NCBI GenBank assembly: GCA_963850295.1
Contig: CAWKKU010000001.1
Span: 29,993-93,992 of the forward strand
DNA: 64,000 bases
Source of the DNA: Vicinamibacterales bacterium
GTDB taxonomy: Bacteria; Acidobacteriota; Vicinamibacteria; Vicinamibacterales; JAMQPK01
Direction: 5' to 3'
The notes under the pieces are model-generated. The model worked only from the letters and a program-made list of their open reading frames with translations. It ran no database searches and was not told the origin of the DNA. Positions 56,271 to 64,000 of the stretch are shown piece by piece; the first letter of the stretch is position 1, and each line of letters opens with the position of its first letter. The translations under genes and the position numbers were made by a program.

Positions 56271-58223
56271 TCAACGCCGGCGCTGGCCCCAGAAAACGAA
56301 CGTGCCTCGATTGGTCGACGTGACGATATCGACGGTGCCGTCTTTATTGAGATCGACGGCGGTGACGTGCGAGCCGACGCCCGACTTGTTGTGAATCAAC
56401 TCCGGCACGAACTCGGCTCCCCCCGCGGCCTTCGGGTTGCGCACGGTGCGGAACCAATAGAGCACCGCCTCGCCATGCGGATCCGGATCGACCCAGCTCT
56501 CCTGATGTGAAAACAGGCGCTTGCCGGTGACGAAGTCGGGAATCTTATCGCCGTCGATGTCGGCCATCACCGCGCCGTGCATCTCCGAAATCGTGACGCC
56601 GCCGGCATTCCTGGTCGAATAATCGTCCATGATCATGTGCCGGTCGAACATGATGTTTCCCGCCGCATCTCGCTTCTGCTGGAACCAGGCAAGCCCGAAT
56701 CCATGGGCGTTCAAGCCTCCCACCACGTCGTTCAGTCCGTCACCGTTCACGTCGTAGACGACCATCTCGCTGCCGCCTGCTCCTTCGGCGCGGCCCCATC
56801 GGCCGAACGCGTATGGGTGGTACGCCCACACACCGGAGCGTGGCCCGGCGGCCGGCTGCTCCCACCAGCCCGCCGCCTGAAGAACGTCGAGACGTCCATC
56901 GCCGTTGATATCGCCGGCGCCCAAACCATGGCCGTGTACGGGTCCGCGGTCCGAGATTGCGTGCGTCGGCCACGGCGCGGTTGGATTCGCGGCATCGGGC
57001 CAACCAAACATCAACGTTCCGCCGACACCTCCGGTAGCGAAAATGATCTCCGGTTTTCCGTCGCCATCGACGTCGCGCATCAGCGCGAGCTCGCTGGTGA
57101 TTTGCGGCAGTACGGGATGTTTTGCCCATCTGCGCTTCTCACCTTTCGGGTTCACGTAAAGGTGCATCGGGCGCGACTCGCCGGCGAGCACATCCGTCCA
57201 TCCATCACCGGTGAAATCGTAGGTGTAGTCGATCATCGTCCGCGCGAAGCTGATGCTCGGCGCTTGAGCTGGCGCGGCGTCGATCTCCCCGCGCGTGGTA
57301 AACGCGGGGCCCAGGTAGTAGTACGGACCCGCGACGATGTCGAGCACGCCGTCGTTGTTGAAATCGCCTCCCGCTGCGCCCCACGACAGGTAGAACTCAT
57401 CGACGCGTTGCATGCGGAACCGCGACGAGATCTGCTCCGGCGGGTTCGGACGCATGTGCAGATCCTTGAAGGAGACGTCCTTGAACCGGACCTCTCCGGT
57501 ACCAGCCGCATGCAGCGCGATGGGCCCGTATCCATCCCTCTCGTCGGCTGCGCCCGGAATGAAGTCGTAAGACTGATTCAGGATCGGGCGGATGACGTTC
57601 GCGTCCATCGTGATGCTCAGCAGATTCCAGTCATCCTGGCGTATGCCCGATGGCGGCGGAATCAGCTCGGGCAACGGCGTCGGCAGTGTCACGGGACCGC
57701 CGCCCCGACCCGCGCCTACCATCGAAAATCCGCCGGGGCCGGCTCCGGCGGGCGGCGGATTCGGATTGGGTACCGGTGGCAGCGCAACACGCACAAATGG
57801 CGGCGACGGCCTGAGTGCGTCGCGCGCCGTCTCCCGGCCTTCCGCATCGAGCGTCAACCGATATGTCTTGAGATCGTCGAGCGACACGTAAATGCCCGTC
57901 ATACCCGCGCCGGTCTTCTGCATGCGAAACAGCACGCCTGCGTTACACGGCGCAGCACATCTGAAGCGCGTAAAAAAGTTGACGTCCTGATACGACCTGT
58001 CGAGCACGAGCCACCCGCCCTGGCTGCCGGCGCGCGGACGGCCGACGATTTCGCCGCCCTGCGCCTGCCAATCCGCGCTTCCGAGCGTCGTCCAGCCAGT
58101 CAGGCTCGAGCCCGTAAAGGTCGTATCTGGTTTGAATTCGTTTGCAGGACCTTGTGCCGCCGGCAAAGCCGTCAGGACCAAGACGAGGGAGACTGCTGCG
58201 AGTGGAAGCCAATTGCGTGACAT
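56271..58223 (-). CDS. Secreted DUF1080-like plus FG-GAP repeat protein
   Basis: Signal peptide; FTGSSLTGW...EVRFKDV; repeats GDFNNDGVLDIV, DVDGDGKPEI, GDINGDGRLDV, DVNGDGLNDV, DIDGDKIPDF, DLNKDGTVDI. Confidence 0.85.
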   Translation of the reverse strand: MSRNWLPLAAVSLVLVLTALPAAQGPANEFKPDTTFTGSSLTGWTTLGSADWQAQGGEIVGRPRAGSQGGWLVLDRSYQDVNFFTRFRCAAPCNAGVLFRMQKTGAGMTGIYVSLDDLKTYRLTLDAEGRETARDALRPSPPFVRVALPPVPNPNPPPAGAGPGGFSMVGAGRGGGPVTLPTPLPELIPPPSGIRQDDWNLLSITMDANVIRPILNQSYDFIPGAADERDGYGPIALHAAGTGEVRFKDVSFKDLHMRPNPPEQISSRFRMQRVDEFYLSWGAAGGDFNNDGVLDIVAGPYYYLGPAFTTRGEIDAAPAQAPSISFARTMIDYTYDFTGDGWTDVLAGESRPMHLYVNPKGEKRRWAKHPVLPQITSELALMRDVDGDGKPEIIFATGGVGGTLMFGWPDAANPTAPWPTHAISDRGPVHGHGLGAGDINGDGRLDVLQAAGWWEQPAAGPRSGVWAYHPYAFGRWGRAEGAGGSEMVVYDVNGDGLNDVVGGLNAHGFGLAWFQQKRDAAGNIMFDRHMIMDDYSTRNAGGVTISEMHGAVMADIDGDKIPDFVTGKRLFSHQESWVDPDPHGEAVLYWFRTVRNPKAAGGAEFVPELIHNKSGVGSHVTAVDLNKDGTVDIVTSTNRGTFVFWGQRRR

Positions 58224-58313
58224 GTGCAGATACTAAGCCCAGAATGGATAAAACGTCATGTGGGATACACCGGGCTGTTCTTTCCTGGGAGCACTACGTG
58301 AGATTATCTTGAG

Positions 58314-58736
58314 ATGAATGACTCCGCGAAAGAACAGTCGCTCGTCAACTGGACCCAGCTGATCTACGGGCTTCACGCGTTCAGCCTGTTGACCGGCATC
58401 CTCGGTGCGGCGACGGTCGTCGGCGCGTTCCTCACCGGCTGGCCGTCGATCATCGCCGTGATTCTCAACTACGTGAAACGGGGTGACGTCCGCGGCTCCT
58501 GGCTCGAGTCGCACTTCCGCTGGCAGATCCGCACGTTCTGGTACGGCCTGCTGTGGATTTCGCTATGCGTCCTGTTCATCATCATGACGTTCGGCATCGG
58601 CATCCTGATCGCGTGGCTGCCGATAGGGCTGGTGGGAGTCTGGTTCATTTACCGCATCGTCCGCGGCTGGCTGGCACTGAACGATCGTCAACCGATGTAC
58701 GCGCAGGGAACGACGGTAGTCCTGCCCCCCGCCTAG
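58314..58736 (+). CDS. DUF4870 family membrane protein
   Basis: IIAVILNYVKR, SHFRWQIRTFW, YRIVRGW. Confidence 0.85.
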   Translation: MNDSAKEQSLVNWTQLIYGLHAFSLLTGILGAATVVGAFLTGWPSIIAVILNYVKRGDVRGSWLESHFRWQIRTFWYGLLWISLCVLFIIMTFGIGILIAWLPIGLVGVWFIYRIVRGWLALNDRQPMYAQGTTVVLPPA

Positions 58737-59341
58737 CGGCGCCGCTCCGGAACGATCGTCTCCCCTCGTGCCAGCATGGCGACGAGCTCCGCGATTTTCT
58801 TCGCGCGTCCCGCCGCCGTCTTCATGTGGTTCGTCCGGAAAGCCATGACGAACATGTTCTGCTTACCGAGCGTGCGGTAGGTCTTGCGTGCTTGGGGGTT
58901 GGCTTCGATCGCTTCGCGCAGGTCGTCCGGGATCATCGCTTCGCTGGCGGTCCTCATCGGCGCATACGCCGCGTCCCACCGTCCGTCTTCCTTGGCGGCA
59001 TCCACCTGGCGCTGGCCGTGCGGCGTCATTCGTCCGGCGGCCGTCAACCTGGCCACGTGGTCGCGGTTGATCTGACTCCACAAACTGCGCGGGCGGCGGG
59101 GCGAATAGCGCTGCAGAAATGAACGCTCGTCGAACGACTTGCGGAGGCCGTCGATCCAGCCCCAGCACAGCGCCACGTCGAGCGCCTGGGCAGCAGTCAC
59201 GGTCGGTAGCCCCGAATCCTTCTTGTGAATCTTCAGCCAGATCTCCGCCTCGCGGGTGTGGTTGGCCTTCATCCACGCCTCGAAGGCGCTCTCCGAGCGA
59301 AAGCTCTTGATCTTTCTGGGATTGGGAATGACCGGCGCCAT
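58733..59341 (-). CDS. YdeI/OmpD-associated family protein
   Basis: ALDVALCWGWIDG, YSPRRPRSLWSQIN, IPDDLREAI; ATG at 59341. Confidence 0.88.
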   Translation of the reverse strand: MAPVIPNPRKIKSFRSESAFEAWMKANHTREAEIWLKIHKKDSGLPTVTAAQALDVALCWGWIDGLRKSFDERSFLQRYSPRRPRSLWSQINRDHVARLTAAGRMTPHGQRQVDAAKEDGRWDAAYAPMRTASEAMIPDDLREAIEANPQARKTYRTLGKQNMFVMAFRTNHMKTAAGRAKKIAELVAMLARGETIVPERRR

Positions 59342-59393
59342 CGAATCGCCGCTACTATAAACGACACTCGCGGCGGTTCGATGGCTCCTTGAT

Positions 59394-60149
59394 TCAAAAC
59401 CGGAATCGCACACCCGCGACAAAGGGCATCGTCCATCGCGAGCTCTTGTCGTTGATGGTTTCCAGGCCCGTGCCAATCAGGTCGTCGACTTCGGACATCC
59501 CCGTCACGAAACGCAGGCCGAGCTGCCCGAAATATCCGAAGTTTCGTCCAGATTGCACGAGTAGACCGACGTTGATGCCCGCGGTGAAGGCAGACGTCTG
59601 ATCGTAGAAGTCGTTGTTTTGCGTCGCCAGATTGGCCCCGGGCGCTATCAGTCCGACATCGATCTTGTCGACGAAGCCGATGCCAAGCGTCCCTTCGCCA
59701 TACGCCAGGAGCCTTGGCTTCAGCTCCGCGTATCGGCGCAGGCCGAAGTCGAGGCTGAGCGTCTGATAGTCCGAAAATTGCCCGTAGAGATTCGACACGC
59801 CGATGTCTCCCATCGGCACGATGAAGTCCGCGTCGAGCGACTGAAACGCGAATGTTCCCTTGATCTCGGTCGTGTCGTTCAACATGTAGCCGCCACCGAA
59901 CCGTAGATGCAGGCCAGTTCCGTAGACCTCATCGAACGAGTTCTTGGTGACGACGACTACCTGGTTGTTGATCTGACCAACGCCGCTGGAGTTGATGTTG
60001 CCGCTGATGCCGTTGTCGAATCCAACGCCGAATTCGATGCTCCACGGCGAATCGGCCGCGTTAGATTGTGCGAACGCGGGCGATGCCGCGGCCAACACCG
60101 TCAGGAGCACTCCGGCACAAAAAATTCTTTGACTTATCCGTCGCATCAT
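59394..60149 (-). CDS. Outer-membrane beta-barrel protein
   Basis: Signal peptide (SPAFA-Q), amphipathic strands, C-terminal GVRFRF; RBS GGAGG. Confidence 0.8.
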   Translation of the reverse strand: MMRRISQRIFCAGVLLTVLAAASPAFAQSNAADSPWSIEFGVGFDNGISGNINSSGVGQINNQVVVVTKNSFDEVYGTGLHLRFGGGYMLNDTTEIKGTFAFQSLDADFIVPMGDIGVSNLYGQFSDYQTLSLDFGLRRYAELKPRLLAYGEGTLGIGFVDKIDVGLIAPGANLATQNNDFYDQTSAFTAGINVGLLVQSGRNFGYFGQLGLRFVTGMSEVDDLIGTGLETINDKSSRWTMPFVAGVRFRF

Positions 60150-60334
60150 TTCCTCCCGGTGCACGCCATGCTGAAGAGCGTCACGGTTGACGGCCACGTC
60201 GACGTGCCGCGCGGTGTGTTCGCTCACCGTATGTCGTGGGACGTGACGAGCCGTTGTAAGCGGGCCGCAAAACATGCTCAGGAAAATCGACGCAGGATGC
60301 GGACCGCTGCGGGTAGATGCATGGGACGCACCAA

Positions 60335-60450
60335 CCACGAAGGGCGCGAACTGCACGACGCCACGAAGACACGAAGACACGAAGAAGCTCACGGTCCAAA
60401 CACTCGATGACGCGCCGGCCTCGAAGACGCGAAGAACGACGAAGAAGCAC
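60335..60450. repeat. CACGAAGA-type repeat patch between divergent genes
   Basis: ccacgaagacacgaagacacgaagaag ... tcgaagacgcgaagaacgacgaagaagcacg. Confidence 0.7.
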
Positions 60451-60504
60451 GACCCTCATGAAGCGCAAGGTGCAGAAAAATGCGCCCGCCGTGCAAGGTG
60501 GATC

Positions 60505-60537
60505 TGGACAGGCGTGCAAATTAAGTGTATATACACT
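60505..60537 (+). promoter_or_regulatory. MarR operator palindrome overlapping a probable leaderless promoter
   Basis: Perfect palindrome AGTGTATATACACT (60524-60537), 3 bp before the ATG; TGGACA-N17-TATATA. Confidence 0.7.
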
Positions 60538-60540
60538 CAT

Positions 60541-61023
60541 ATGGCTTCGCCTCAACCTCACGGCCTGGACGAATGTGCGGGATGTGCGTGTTTCGCCGTC
60601 CGGCGCGCCGCTCGCGCGATTACCCAGCACTACGACCGGGCGCTTCGCCCCTCGGGACTCCGCGCCACACAGTTCACGGTACTGACGATGCTCGCCCTGG
60701 GCGGCCCCACACCCCTCTGCCGCGTTGCGGATCGACTGGGCATGGAGCGGACGACCCTGACGCGCAACCTCAAGCCTCTGCTGGCAGGAAGTCTCATCAG
60801 AGTCGATCATGCGGCCGACCGGCGGGTGCGGACGATCGCGATCACGCCGCAAGGACATCACACAGCGGTTGCGGCACTGCCTTACTGGCGTGAGGCGCAA
60901 CGGAACGTCGCCGGCCATCTGACACGCGCGACGTTCTCTTCACTCGACACCGTCACCGCCCGGCTGGCCAGAACGCGTGCGCACGGCAGCCGCGCATCGA
61001 CGAAGCAACATCCAAGGAGATGA
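60541..61023 (+). CDS. MarR family regulator with Cys-rich N-terminus
   Basis: CAGCACFAVRRAARAITQHYD, GLRATQFTVL, MERTTLTRNL, DRRVR. Confidence 0.9.
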   Translation: MASPQPHGLDECAGCACFAVRRAARAITQHYDRALRPSGLRATQFTVLTMLALGGPTPLCRVADRLGMERTTLTRNLKPLLAGSLIRVDHAADRRVRTIAITPQGHHTAVAALPYWREAQRNVAGHLTRATFSSLDTVTARLARTRAHGSRASTKQHPRR

Positions 61024-61027
61024 CGAA

Positions 61028-61759
61028 ATGATCGACATCATCGGTGCAATCGCACTGACCGCCCTGTTCGCTCTCTGCTGCGTGACCGTGACGAGCGCCG
61101 CGCCGATCGACGCCGGCGCGCGCTGGAAGCTTTCGCTTGCCGCGCTGACGTGGTTCATCGGTGTCGGCATTTGTGGTGCGGCTGGCGTTTTCGCGGAAGC
61201 GAGTCTTGGAACCGCGGCGATCGGCGCTGCCATTCTCACACCGATCGTTCTCTCGCTTAGCGCGGCTGCGCGCTCGTTGGTGGTGCGGCAAGTGGCTCTG
61301 GCCACGCCGCTGCCGGTACTCGTGGGCATCCACGCAGGCCGCCTGCTCGGCGTCTTTTTCGTGTTGCTCTTCGAGGCCGGACGCCTTCCGCCGACTTTTG
61401 CGCTGACCGCCGGATGGGGAGACATTGTCGTGGCGTCTGCGGCCTTGCCGCTCGCATGGGCAATTCATCGGCAGGTGAGCGGCTGGCGCATTGCCACCCT
61501 CACCTGGAATACCGTCGGGCTTGTGGACCTGGTCGCAGCCGTCACGCTTGGAGTGGGATCGGCGCAGGATTCCCCTATTCGATTCATTTTCGAGAGTCCG
61601 AACTCAGGGGCGGTGGCCACGCTACCGTGGGTACTCATTCCGGCGGTGCTGGTTCCCATGTATCTGCTCAGCCATCTGGCGATCTTCGCCAGGATGACGG
61701 GGACACGCGGGCGAACGCCCCGGACACGCGAACACCAAGGGGCCCTGGCGCGCGCATGA
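61028..61759 (+). CDS. Hypothetical multi-TM membrane protein, probably MarR-regulated
   Basis: About 7 TM segments; LVGIHAGRLLG, FALTAGWGDI, PWVLIPAVLVP...H. Confidence 0.8.
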   Translation: MIDIIGAIALTALFALCCVTVTSAAPIDAGARWKLSLAALTWFIGVGICGAAGVFAEASLGTAAIGAAILTPIVLSLSAAARSLVVRQVALATPLPVLVGIHAGRLLGVFFVLLFEAGRLPPTFALTAGWGDIVVASAALPLAWAIHRQVSGWRIATLTWNTVGLVDLVAAVTLGVGSAQDSPIRFIFESPNSGAVATLPWVLIPAVLVPMYLLSHLAIFARMTGTRGRTPRTREHQGALARA

Positions 61760-61823
61760 CGTCGGATCGTCCGCCGGTTGCCGCGACCGCGCTGGCGTTC
61801 CTGCGTCGCGGAACTCTTGCGCG

Positions 61824-61876
61824 CGACCATCGACCGACCGTTGACTTGCGACTGTGGACCGTCGACTGTGGACTAA
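61824..61876. repeat. Degenerate (GACTGTG/GACCGTC) heptamer repeat between convergent genes
   Basis: gactgtg gaccgtc gactgtg gacta. Confidence 0.65.
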
Positions 61877-62478
61877 CATAGTTCAGCCCTCCGCTCCGCC
61901 TCGCGCCGGATCGCCCGCAACATGGCACGTCGAATGAGCCCGCTTCCCGGACGCACGATCAGCCAGTAGGTTCGAAACCTGAGCCGAGCATCTGCGGCGC
62001 ACCAGACGCGCGTTTCCGTCCGCAGATCGCTGGTTCCGTCTGGCCGCGGGACGACAGTGAAATTCCAGCCCGCGAGCGCGTGTCCCCCGGGCGGGCCAAC
62101 AGCGAAGTCGGCGGCCGACACGTCCCTGCGCAAGCCGCCGCGCGGTGTCCAGAAGCGGCCGAGAAGTGCGATGACCAGCTCTTCGGGTACACGCTCGGCG
62201 ACCACTTTGAAGCCCGCGCTCTCGAACTCGGCAAGACGCAGCCCGTTGCTCCGTGTCCTGCGGCGGATGCGAATGTCGGTCAATGCAGCGCCCGGCGATC
62301 GCGCAAAATCCACGAGCCCGGCGGGGATGGCCCGTGCGGCAAGCAGCGCGCGCGTGAGCAGATTGCCGGAGAGGTCGGCGGATCGGATCGCGGAGAACAC
62401 AACGTCAGGCGCCGCGCGCACGACGGTGCCGTGGCGCTCGACGACGTCGTATTCGGGCATCAAGTCGTCCAGGAGCAC
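61873..62478 (-). CDS. Hypothetical protein (DUF2867/SRPBCC-like)
   Basis: LDDLMPEYDVVERH, LRTETRV, FRTYWLIVRPGSGLIRR. Confidence 0.75.
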   Translation of the reverse strand: MLLDDLMPEYDVVERHGTVVRAAPDVVFSAIRSADLSGNLLTRALLAARAIPAGLVDFARSPGAALTDIRIRRRTRSNGLRLAEFESAGFKVVAERVPEELVIALLGRFWTPRGGLRRDVSAADFAVGPPGGHALAGWNFTVVPRPDGTSDLRTETRVWCAADARLRFRTYWLIVRPGSGLIRRAMLRAIRREAERRAELC

Positions 62479-62512
62479 GCCGCATAGTAGCAGCGGCGAA
62501 TCTTCCCGCTGA

Positions 62513-63640
62513 TCAACGGGCTCCGGTTGGCGTCGAACCGCTCACTGGCTTGAACCGCTGGACGCGTCGTCCGTCCAGCGACTCCGCGACGTAAAGATTG
62601 CCTTGTGAATCTATGGCTATGGCGTGCGGGCTGGCGATACCTCCCAGCTGATGGCTGCCAGGACGGCCGAACTGTGACAGTTCCTTCCCCGAAACGCGAT
62701 CGAAAACTCGCACGAGCTTGTCGCTGAAATCGCCAACGTACATGTACCTCTGGGCAGCGTCACGCGAAAACGCGAGCGACCCGGCGCCGCCATTGCCCGT
62801 GTACTGCGCCCGGAAAAGGATCGGCGTGGCGATGCTCCGCTTGAACTCGCCCGCCTTGTCGAAGACCTGGATGCGATCGCCGTTGCGGTCGCACACGTAC
62901 AGCAAGCCGTCATTCGCCATCACGATGCAGTGCACGATGTTCACGAACACTCCGCCAGTACCAGCGGCGGCGTCGGCCGTCGTGCCCTGACGTCCCCACT
63001 GGCGCAGGAACTTGCCGGCCTTGTCAAAGACGGCGACGCGCTTGTTGCCATAGCCGTCGGCCACGAATACGTCGCCGTTCGCCGGATCCACGGCCACCTG
63101 GGTCGGAGAGTAGAAGGCCGTCGGGCTGGCGTTCAGGAAGCGAGACTTCGCCGTACCATCTTCGGAGTCGACTTTTCCTTTCACGCCGATCTGCAGCAGC
63201 AGCTTGCCGTCGCGGGAGTATTTCTGGATGAAGCCGTCGCCGTTGCCGGCGATCCAGATGTTTCCCTGTGCATCGAAAGTGCAATTGTGCAGGGCTTCCG
63301 GCAATACCTGGCGATCGCCCCAAGAATTCACGACATTGCCGGCCGGGTCGAACTCCATGACCGCCGGCGCGGCTTGCGCGATTTCCGCGATGCCGGGATA
63401 GAGGTTCGCGCGCGACAAGACGAAGACGTGGTCGTTCGCATCGACGCACACGCCGCCGAGCTCGCCCGTGACCCAGCGCTCGGGCAGCGGCTTCGGCCAG
63501 AAGGGATCGACCTCGAACTGCGGGCCGCCGGGGGCCGGGCGGGCCGACTGTGCGCTCATCTCCATCGGGGACCACGACGCCGACGAAAAGGCTAACGCCG
63601 CTAGCAGTACCAGCGCGCGCAAGAAACGGCTCGTGTTCAT
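62513..63640 (-). CDS. Secreted NHL-repeat protein (peptidyl-alpha-hydroxyglycine alpha-amidating lyase-like)
   Basis: FEVDPFWPKPLP, VADGYGNKRVAVFD, LYVCDRNGDRIQVF, PHAIAIDSQGNLYVAE. Confidence 0.85.
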   Translation of the reverse strand: MNTSRFLRALVLLAALAFSSASWSPMEMSAQSARPAPGGPQFEVDPFWPKPLPERWVTGELGGVCVDANDHVFVLSRANLYPGIAEIAQAAPAVMEFDPAGNVVNSWGDRQVLPEALHNCTFDAQGNIWIAGNGDGFIQKYSRDGKLLLQIGVKGKVDSEDGTAKSRFLNASPTAFYSPTQVAVDPANGDVFVADGYGNKRVAVFDKAGKFLRQWGRQGTTADAAAGTGGVFVNIVHCIVMANDGLLYVCDRNGDRIQVFDKAGEFKRSIATPILFRAQYTGNGGAGSLAFSRDAAQRYMYVGDFSDKLVRVFDRVSGKELSQFGRPGSHQLGGIASPHAIAIDSQGNLYVAESLDGRRVQRFKPVSGSTPTGAR

Positions 63641-63713
63641 TGTGCCCTCCTGAGTTGCCGGAGACGATGACGAGAGGCGAGCGCGAATTATCGGCCCGGC
63701 CTGGGTGGCACTG

Positions 63714-64000
63714 TCAAGCGGGCCGGATTTTCATCATCCGGGTCGCGAGCCCGCGGAGCTCCTCGCGGGAAAAGATGCCCCGCGCGAGGCGGAACATGTT
63801 GCTTTCCTCTTCCTTGATGTGGTGCTCGATGTTTTCCTTCAGCACCTTGAACTTCGCGCCCCACGCTTCATCGTTGGTAGCGACGTCGCGCAGCTCGTGG
63901 ATGATGAGATCGGCGACGTGGTGCTCCTCGAAACCCTCGAGAACCACCTCGCGTGTCTCCGCATGGGCCTGCAAGGCGGGATACAGCACTTTCTCTTCCA
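63714..64000 (-). CDS. Hemerythrin/HHE domain protein, 3' part (start beyond the window)
   Basis: EEKVLYPAL, EEHHVAD, ENIEHHIKEEE. Confidence 0.82.
   Translation of the reverse strand, partial: EEKVLYPALQAHAETREVVLEGFEEHHVADLIIHELRDVATNDEAWGAKFKVLKENIEHHIKEEESNMFRLARGIFSREELRGLATRMMKIRPA

Noticed and set aside
60186-60210. Palindrome CACGTCGACGTG upstream of the beta-barrel gene as an operator or sigma-54 site
   Set aside because: A 12-bp GC-rich palindrome is plausible by chance here, and it lacks GG-N10-GC spacing.
60150-60540. N-terminal extensions of the MarR (from 60274) and beta-barrel (from 60392) ORFs
   Set aside because: They translate the CACGAAGA repeat patch; better starts with an operator or RBS exist at 60541 and 60149.
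1-64000. tRNA, rRNA, prophage, integrase/transposase or a recognised defence island
   Set aside because: None recognised by eye; tRNAscan-SE, Infernal and DefenseFinder runs would be needed to exclude them formally.

Overview
High-GC (roughly 65%, estimated by eye) chromosomal window with about 60 protein-coding genes. I found no rRNA, tRNA, CRISPR array, prophage or transposase. Gene content (Oar-type TonB receptor, DUF885, DUF1080/FG-GAP, Tat amidohydrolases, M28 peptidase) and the intergenic oligomer repeats suggest an Acidobacteriota (Vicinamibacterales-like) genome; that placement is inference. Several genes carry single-base frameshifts clustered at about 0.5, 3.8-5.0, 11.1-12.0, 27.5, 33.9 and 52.7-54.2 kb, most simply explained as long-read assembly errors. 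The strongest leads are: (1) a translationally coupled NIF3-like pair, one copy with a Tat signal but missing metal ligands and the other with intact ligands but no signal, suggesting piggyback export; (2) a sigma-54 module with a GAF-AAA-HTH activator, a divergent dead mini-AAA protein with its own -24/-12 promoter, and a downstream PAS-GGDEF-EAL gene; (3) a CarF/TMEM189-like desaturase lacking the plasmalogen-associated His, coupled to a sterol-desaturase-family gene; (4) an ECF42 regulon with two near-identical promoters, divergent from a BNR-propeller/MoaD-like/5'-3' exonuclease operon; (5) a 274-bp CTAG-bounded MITE, REP-like palindromes, a duplicated 280-bp unit with a 22-bp perfect palindrome, and 7/8/9-mer repeats that invade gene ends. 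All family calls come from motif recognition, not database searches.
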